A stretch of DNA of 64,000 nt from Bacteroidota bacterium (GTDB taxonomy: Bacteria > Bacteroidota > Bacteroidia > NS11-12g > UBA955), in the NCBI GenBank assembly GCA_027488835.1, contig JAIYAW010000005.1, forward strand, positions 112,518 through 176,517, in the 5' to 3' direction. How positions within the stretch are numbered: position 1 is the stretch's first letter; the number at the start of each line of letters is the position of its first letter. This document shows, piece by piece, positions 57,819-64,000 of the stretch. Both the position numbers and the translations under genes were made by a program. The notes beneath the pieces are model-generated. The model was not told the DNA's origin, made no database searches, and saw only the letters and a list, made by a program, of their open reading frames with translations.

Positions 57819-59696
57819 TTAAAAGAAAATTTTCACTTCAACGGTTGATTCCCAACCTGAATATTTATTATCTGGAAAACTACTGTCGAAGTAATCCATC
57901 CATCGTTGTCTTAAATAAAGGCCAGCACCTTTGCTCATTTCTATGTCTAAACCAGTTGCAAAACCATAACCTGTTTGGTTTCTTGGTCTTCTGGTTACTG
58001 CATTAATTTCAGTGTCGTAATTGGCAATGATGCGTTCCCATCCTGCGTAGTTTGTCCAAACAACGCGCTTTGTTAATTTCAAATAAGCTTCTAATTGGTG
58101 GTAATAGGCCCTCAAATAGGCTTTTTCTGTAAACACAGTAAAGTTTGAATAGAAATTCTGAACAGAAGAATAACTTCCTAAGTAGTTAATATATAGATCT
58201 TTGTTTAAAACTTTGGTTCTGTATTTTGCATTTACTTCCAACGCGTTGAAATATTTGGTATTTAGTGGTTGCTTGGTCGGACTAACATCGGTTAGGTTCA
58301 CAGTTTCGAAAACACTGCGGTATACCTTGGTTAAATTTCCGTAAGGTCCCACATTGGCTGGGAATCCCCAACGCCAAAACCTCGACAATGCCAATCCGTT
58401 CACTGGATGTCCGTAGGTAATTTGTGATGAAATATTTTCTATTTCACGGCTGTTCGAATATCCTAAGTTGAATTTGAATTTCTTCACTTCAAATTCGCTG
58501 TTCACTTCGAATCCCTTTCTGTTGTTGGTTACTTGTCCTACCTGAGTCATTGCACTGGCAAAAGGCGCCAATACAATTTGGTCACTCGAGTTGGTAGAAC
58601 TAGAATTACCTTCTCTGATAGAGGAGTTCCAGAAAACAGAACTGTTGTTTAATACTTTAGGACTAATTTGGAAGTAATGAAACTGTAAAGGGATCAATGT
58701 GTATTTAGCTGGGGTATTTAATTTCACACTGATTGCTTCGCCCCATCCGCGCTGTAATGAGGGACTAAAGTATCTGCCAGCACCCGTTTCGCCTGAAATT
58801 TTAAATCCTGAGAAGGTTTGTTCAAACGTAAATGTATGAATGTTAAATCCGACACCATTGAGCAACAAGCTGTCGGTGTAGCTTTGGTTGTTAAATGAAT
58901 TGAAAGTAACATTGCCAGTTCCAATTAGTTTTTTAAGTTTACCACCATAGGATTGATTTGGTAGGGCCACCATGCCACCGTTTAATTGGGTTTTACCAAA
59001 CATGATCGATGTTGAAAATCCATTCGGCAAATCATTTCCCTCAAAAATAACACCTTGGAACGCTTGATTTCCCCAACGTAAATCTTGGTTCAGAGCACCT
59101 TGGGTATAAAAGCTGTTGTAACGGTCATCAATATTTTTTGTTGCAGGATCCCAAGGATTTCTTTCAAACAAACTATAACGGTTGTAGCCTGGGTTTGTAA
59201 AAAAAGTAAAGGGAGAGAGGGCGTACCAATTGATACCACCACATTGAATCTCGAAATTGCCATAGCTGGTTGAATGCGATCCGTTTAAACTTACCCCTAA
59301 ATTTAAACCTTTCACGTTTTCTGGCATTCCGCCACCCATCATGGGTGTCCACAAAAAGAAATCGGTTGAAAAACGTGTTGTAGCAGAAACACTGCCCGCC
59401 ATGTTCAATGAAAGTTGAGGAATTTGACCATCGTCGCCAACAAAAATATTCAATGGTGTTTTTGCCTGTTCGGCATAGGCCACATCGAGTTTTCTAACGT
59501 TGGTTATAAATCGGTAATATCCTGAAATGCTAAAATTCTCCAGTTTTTTGATGGGTTCTTTTGGAAATACACCTGTAACATTTACCCATCTTTTTAACTG
59601 CGCTGGGTATGTAGTGTCGGTATCTGAAGAACTTCCAATTTGAGCGAATATCAAAGTGGGCAAAAGAAACAATCCTGAAAGTATTTGTTTTCTCAT
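57819..59696 (-). CDS. Hypothetical outer-membrane beta-barrel protein
   Basis: Signal peptide MRKQILSGLFLLPTLIFA-Q from ATG 59696, beta-strands, and C-terminal VEVKIFF. Confidence 0.6.
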   Translation of the reverse strand: MRKQILSGLFLLPTLIFAQIGSSSDTDTTYPAQLKRWVNVTGVFPKEPIKKLENFSISGYYRFITNVRKLDVAYAEQAKTPLNIFVGDDGQIPQLSLNMAGSVSATTRFSTDFFLWTPMMGGGMPENVKGLNLGVSLNGSHSTSYGNFEIQCGGINWYALSPFTFFTNPGYNRYSLFERNPWDPATKNIDDRYNSFYTQGALNQDLRWGNQAFQGVIFEGNDLPNGFSTSIMFGKTQLNGGMVALPNQSYGGKLKKLIGTGNVTFNSFNNQSYTDSLLLNGVGFNIHTFTFEQTFSGFKISGETGAGRYFSPSLQRGWGEAISVKLNTPAKYTLIPLQFHYFQISPKVLNNSSVFWNSSIREGNSSSTNSSDQIVLAPFASAMTQVGQVTNNRKGFEVNSEFEVKKFKFNLGYSNSREIENISSQITYGHPVNGLALSRFWRWGFPANVGPYGNLTKVYRSVFETVNLTDVSPTKQPLNTKYFNALEVNAKYRTKVLNKDLYINYLGSYSSVQNFYSNFTVFTEKAYLRAYYHQLEAYLKLTKRVVWTNYAGWERIIANYDTEINAVTRRPRNQTGYGFATGLDIEMSKGAGLYLRQRWMDYFDSSFPDNKYSGWESTVEVKIFF

Positions 59697-59697
59697 A

Positions 59698-61122
59698 TTA
59701 TTCAAAAGACCCCATTTCCCATTTTTTGATCCATATTTTTTTGCCATTTCCGCGTTTTGGATTTGGTATTACCGTGAACGGACAATTTGCATATGCCACT
59801 TTTTCTTTGTATATTATAGTAATAAACAATCTGTAAGCTCCAGTTTCATTGGGAGCATCAAATGTTACTTTTCCGTTTTTTGAAATTTTAAATTTTGTTG
59901 GGACTTCTTCCGCTTCGTTTTCTACATCACCACCTGCTTTTTTATCTGAGCTTTCGCGCAATATTTTGTAAGTGATTTGCTTGTTACTACTATCGCAATT
60001 TGTAAGTTGATAACAGTTCAAAGGACTAATTGCCGTTGCGAAATTTGTTGTATTTGCCATCATCGTTGGATTTTCAATGGCCTTTTTATTGTTAATAGTA
60101 AATGAAGTAATAGTAGGCGTTGCAAAGGTTGGATTCTTGCCTGTCCACGCAATTTCAAGTGCGTCAATAGCTTCTGTTTGCATTTGGTCTTTTGTAAACA
60201 AACCATACCAAGTTAGGGTATATTCTTGTTTTTGTCCCCACAAAAAAACATAAGAACCTAAACATCTATTTTTATAGGCTTCAATATATTTTTTATAGCG
60301 GCTGTAATAGACTTCTGATTTTTCGGTACTGCTCTGTTCAATGGCGGCACCCCAAGAGGTAGTGGGAGATTCCCAGTGTCCATTTGGTCCCCATTCTGTA
60401 ATCATGTAAGGGCCAGTCCAACCAAATTTATAAATGTTGTTGGGTACGTTTCCAATATCGCCATAGGTGTTTACACAGTAAACATCAATGTCTGGTGCCC
60501 TTTGTTTGATATGATCAACTTCCAAAGAATCTAAACCAGCTGTAACCGTAGAAGTAGGGTGGTTGGGATCAACCTGATGTGCATATTTAGCAATGTCTTG
60601 AATGGCATTCCATACTTTGGGATTGCTATAAAATAGATCAACTTCGTTTCCAATTCCCCACATAAGTAAAGCAGGATGGTTTTTGAATTGGTCAATGACA
60701 CGCTTGAAATGTTCGAGTTGTTTTTGAACTTTTGCTTCATTGTTGTAATCGAAGCCATGGCGTTCGTGCTGCACCCAAAATCCGAGCATAACGGTAAGTC
60801 CGTTTTTCTGTGCATTGTCTAGAATTTCTTGGGCATTGTCTATTCCCCAGGTTCTAATTGAGTTGCCACCAATTTTTTTCACTACATCAAGGTGGGTTTC
60901 GCCACCGGCACCAATAACATAGTAAGGTTGACCACCGCGTAAAAATTGATAACCGGTTTCTGTCTTTACCACTTCAACTTTTATGGCTTGGGCATTGATG
61001 GCAATAGAGGAGAAAAATGTAAATATAATCAAAACAGCCGCAGATAAGTTGCAACTGTTTTTTAATGTTTTTTTTCCTATTTGCAACTGAAGAAAATCTT
61101 TATAAATCTTTGCTTTGGGCAT
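59698..61122 (-). CDS. Clan GH-A glycoside hydrolase (GH2-TIM-barrel-like, probably GH158 beta-1,3-glucanase) with an Ig-like C-domain
   Basis: GGNSIRTWG, HPALLMWGIGNE (acid/base) and YMITEWGP (nucleophile). Start placed at ATG 61122, after TATATTTG at 61140-61133; the longest ORF extends to 61215. Confidence 0.78.
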   Translation of the reverse strand: MPKAKIYKDFLQLQIGKKTLKNSCNLSAAVLIIFTFFSSIAINAQAIKVEVVKTETGYQFLRGGQPYYVIGAGGETHLDVVKKIGGNSIRTWGIDNAQEILDNAQKNGLTVMLGFWVQHERHGFDYNNEAKVQKQLEHFKRVIDQFKNHPALLMWGIGNEVDLFYSNPKVWNAIQDIAKYAHQVDPNHPTSTVTAGLDSLEVDHIKQRAPDIDVYCVNTYGDIGNVPNNIYKFGWTGPYMITEWGPNGHWESPTTSWGAAIEQSSTEKSEVYYSRYKKYIEAYKNRCLGSYVFLWGQKQEYTLTWYGLFTKDQMQTEAIDALEIAWTGKNPTFATPTITSFTINNKKAIENPTMMANTTNFATAISPLNCYQLTNCDSSNKQITYKILRESSDKKAGGDVENEAEEVPTKFKISKNGKVTFDAPNETGAYRLFITIIYKEKVAYANCPFTVIPNPKRGNGKKIWIKKWEMGSFE

Positions 61123-61248
61123 AGTGAGAAAACAAATATAAAAATTAATTATTGTAAGAAGTACAATAATTATATTTTTTATAGATTTTCTTCCACAAAA
61201 AAATATCAGCATCATAAATTATGCCGATATAATAATTTGAATTTAGGT

Positions 61249-61986
61249 TTATTCTAACTGTGGGCTGTTTTTCATTTCAGCAATTATTTCTTTATTTGTC
61301 CGTTTGAAATTTGACTTCCCAAAATCACTTAGATAAACGGAATAGTTCATGGTTACAGAAATAAAATTGTCATTGCTAAATGAAGTCGGACCTGCCAGGC
61401 CATCAACCATATCTGAATTCACATAATGCGTAACAATTTCAAAGGCAATCTTTGAATTTTTATTTAAATTAGCAATTTTAAAACCTATTCCCAAAGGTAT
61501 GGAAACACAAGAATTTTTTAAGATAGAACCAGAAAGAACTGTGGATTTGCCATTTTGAGTAGAGATAGGACTGTATAACAAATATCCGATCCCAACGATG
61601 CCATAAATGTCGTGTTTATGAATTAAATTGACATTTATACATCCAGCTAATTGAGCTATTTTTCCTTCCATTTGGATTCCTCGTTCACGGATTTCATGAT
61701 CACCCGCAAATTTATCATTCCCTGCAATGGATGCAAATGCAAAATTTAGTCTAGCCTTAGTATTTTTATTAATTGGCATCCTTATGAAAGCCTGTCCCAT
61801 GCCCCTGATAGATTGATAATCCAAGTCCCATAAGTGGTAGGCCGCGCTGTTCGGAGAACCTCCCAAATCTCCTAGATAAAGTAAAGCACCTTTGCCAAAA
61901 CCAATTTCTATTTGGGCTTTAGATTTTTGCGAAAAAAAGAAGATAAAAATAATGGTGAGCGTAAGATTTTTTAGTTTGGTTTTCAT
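61249..61986 (-). CDS. Outer-membrane beta-barrel, DUF6089-like
   Basis: Signal peptide, YLGDLG, IPLGIGFK, SD.VDG and ND.F pattern. Confidence 0.65.
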   Translation of the reverse strand: MKTKLKNLTLTIIFIFFFSQKSKAQIEIGFGKGALLYLGDLGGSPNSAAYHLWDLDYQSIRGMGQAFIRMPINKNTKARLNFAFASIAGNDKFAGDHEIRERGIQMEGKIAQLAGCINVNLIHKHDIYGIVGIGYLLYSPISTQNGKSTVLSGSILKNSCVSIPLGIGFKIANLNKNSKIAFEIVTHYVNSDMVDGLAGPTSFSNDNFISVTMNYSVYLSDFGKSNFKRTNKEIIAEMKNSPQLE

Positions 61987-62560
61987 AATAGTAGTTTTTA
62001 AGTGTCATGCGAAAATGATTTTTCAAATGCTCCTAAAGTGTTACAATCATTGTACCGGATCTACTGAATCATTGAATTATGTAAATGAAAAAAGTAATTT
62101 AAAAAAACAACCAAAATATATAGCTTTTCTGTCATTATTTGGACACACTTCGAGCATGATCGTCCGAATGAATTTAGTATGCGTCTCTCAATAAATTTAA
62201 AGATATTTTCTCACCTCATCCGAAGTCCTTACAATTATCTTGATTTGAAATTTGCTTGGCACGAGTATCAATTCTAACTATATGGTGCAATCACCAAAAA
62301 AAAGAGCACATAAATCAAATATTTATCTAATAAACTTGTTTTTGAAATTGAATTGAAATCTATGTTACTCGGCCAAGCCGATGGTTTGTAATTTGCGCAA
62401 GTTGCACCAAATGAATTAAAGGAATCTTTGTTGTGTCTTGAATTAATTCTAGTGATAACGATGGTATCTAAAATTTTTGATTGATTTGCAATTTCAAAAC
62501 ACAAAATTATATGACTTGTATTTGTCCATTTTTAGCAATAATGTTGTAGTGTAAAATAGT

Positions 62561-63571
62561 ATGATTAATAAAATCCCTAAATTCATAGTTAGTATATTGG
62601 CATTTATTTTTTCAATAAATGCATTTGCTCAAACTGATAGTACTAATGCTCAAACTGATACTACTGTTATAAATGTTCCGGTTGCGCCAAAAAAAATGAG
62701 AAACAGAGACACAACAGGTTTATGGTCGTTTTTTGGAACATCTACAATTGCCACCAATCAAAGTCAATTTTCGAATTGGCAACAAGGTGGTATTAACTCA
62801 ATTTCAATAACAACAGGTTTGAATTTAAATTTAGGTTTTACGAACCAAACGATCAGTTGGCAAAGTGTGTTAGATATGAATTATGGTTTGTCATTGCAAG
62901 GAAATACTATAAATTGGTACAAAAACGACGATAGGGTATCTTTTTCTACCAAAATAGGTTTGAAAGCCCGAAAAAGTTGGTTTTATACGATTATTACTTC
63001 ATGCTCAACCCAATTTCAAGCAGGGTATAATTCAATAGAAGATCAAATTTTGGGAATTCCAGCTTCTAATTTTTTCGCCCCAGCCACATTCATTTCTTCT
63101 ATTGGAATTGATTTTAATCCGAGTCCAAAATTAAGTGCATTCATTGGTCCATTATCTAGTAAAAACATCTTTGTGAGTGATCAAAAATTAGCAAATTTAG
63201 GGGTTGGAGGTATACCTCCTGCCGAAACCGATCCTGTAACTGGTGAAATAATAAATGCAGCTAAAACAATGTCAGAAATGGGTGGATATGTGAAAGTACA
63301 ATTTAACGAACCCAGGGTAATCAAAAATGTGAGCGTGCGTTCAACACTTGAGTTTTTTAATAATTATTTAAGAAACCCTACCCGAGTTGATGTAAATATT
63401 CAAAACGATATTACGTTAACATTAAATGAATATATTTCCACCACCATTACACTTAACGTTAAATATGATGATGATGTAATTATTGAAGACGCAATGGGTA
63501 GGAAAGGTCCAAGAATTCAATTTATGCAAGTATTGGCAGTAGGATTATCAATCAATTTGGGTAAAATGTAA
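62561..63571 (+). CDS. DUF3078 family outer-membrane protein
   Basis: QSQFSNWQ.GG.NS, K.DD, TQFQAGY, SNFFAP, G.D and YDDD. Confidence 0.8.
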   Translation: MINKIPKFIVSILAFIFSINAFAQTDSTNAQTDTTVINVPVAPKKMRNRDTTGLWSFFGTSTIATNQSQFSNWQQGGINSISITTGLNLNLGFTNQTISWQSVLDMNYGLSLQGNTINWYKNDDRVSFSTKIGLKARKSWFYTIITSCSTQFQAGYNSIEDQILGIPASNFFAPATFISSIGIDFNPSPKLSAFIGPLSSKNIFVSDQKLANLGVGGIPPAETDPVTGEIINAAKTMSEMGGYVKVQFNEPRVIKNVSVRSTLEFFNNYLRNPTRVDVNIQNDITLTLNEYISTTITLNVKYDDDVIIEDAMGRKGPRIQFMQVLAVGLSINLGKM

Positions 63572-63572
63572 T

Positions 63573-64000
63573 TTACATTTCCGGAAAAGGATTTGTAATC
63601 AATTTCTTGACTTTTTTATTCAACAATATGAGTACTGAGAATTCGTGAATCACGGGAATTGAACCATAATTAAAACTTAAGTTCCAATCCGTACTATATC
63701 CAATAAAATATTTATCATATCTGTAGCCAAGATAATTTGTAACACACCAAGCGGAATTTCCAAATGCCCTTACATATTGTGTTCCTAGACCTAATTGTAA
63801 GTTGTCTAATTTTACATTGGTTGAAAAAAGTGCAGATTGAACGTTTCCTTGCTTTGAATATGCAAAATTGGGTGTCAAAATTGCGTGGTTAAATATTTTA
63901 TCGAACACAAGTCCCCCATGAACTAAAAATTTTCTTTGAATAGTTTGGTTTTGGTCAGTAAAAAATGAAATATTCGGCTCATTGACGTTGTGAACGGCAA
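63573..64000 (-). CDS. PorP/SprF family T9SS membrane protein, C-terminal part; 5' end lies outside the window
   Basis: Frame stays open to the window edge: AVHNVNEPN...HGG...LTP..AYSKQG...GYSTD...HEFS. Confidence 0.72.
   Translation of the reverse strand, partial: AVHNVNEPNISFFTDQNQTIQRKFLVHGGLVFDKIFNHAILTPNFAYSKQGNVQSALFSTNVKLDNLQLGLGTQYVRAFGNSAWCVTNYLGYRYDKYFIGYSTDWNLSFNYGSIPVIHEFSVLILLNKKVKKLITNPFPEM

Noticed and set aside
1670-60815. Numerous 60-135 aa ORFs nested in or antisense to long genes (for example 14020-14373, 17353-17733, 30002-30310, 55620-56024)
   Set aside because: They are shadow frames of well-supported CDSs with no recognisable motifs.
61892-62504. ORFs 61892-62194 (+) and 62274-62504 (-) as genes
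   Set aside because: No recognisable motifs; the first overlaps the DUF6089-like gene antisense. Not supportable from sequence alone.

Overview
AT-rich, densely packed Bacteroidota chromosomal window. The lineage is inferred from TAnnTTTG promoter boxes, T9SS/gliding genes and the hydrolase-parA-parB-DUF5683 operon. It holds about 55 mostly housekeeping CDSs (pepA fragment, pdxA, parAB, mlaEF, recG, fabG, tatC, rpiB, miaE, dnaG, nadE, gldB-like, SUI1/yciH, msrA, pckA, alaS, rsmG) and one elongator tRNA-Met. No transposase, integrase or cas gene was recognised. The most unusual signal is a dispersed intergenic repeat family. It has 11 arms at 6 loci, each an nAATTAGARR-like anchor followed by 2-6 tandem 10-bp units GTTTAT(A/G)Ann, about 40 units in total. 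Seven arms begin at or overlap a stop codon in the direction of transcription, several pair into long inverted repeats, three carry a conserved 38-bp tail, and one supplies the start codon of an orphan gene. Other highlights are a tightly coupled beta-glucan-type operon built around two paralogous unknown beta-barrels instead of SusC/SusD, several genes with leaderless-type promoter geometry, an MBOAT/SGNH module behind the tRNA, and a GH73-like gene coupled to dnaG. All calls come from reading the sequence and motifs by eye; no searches were run.
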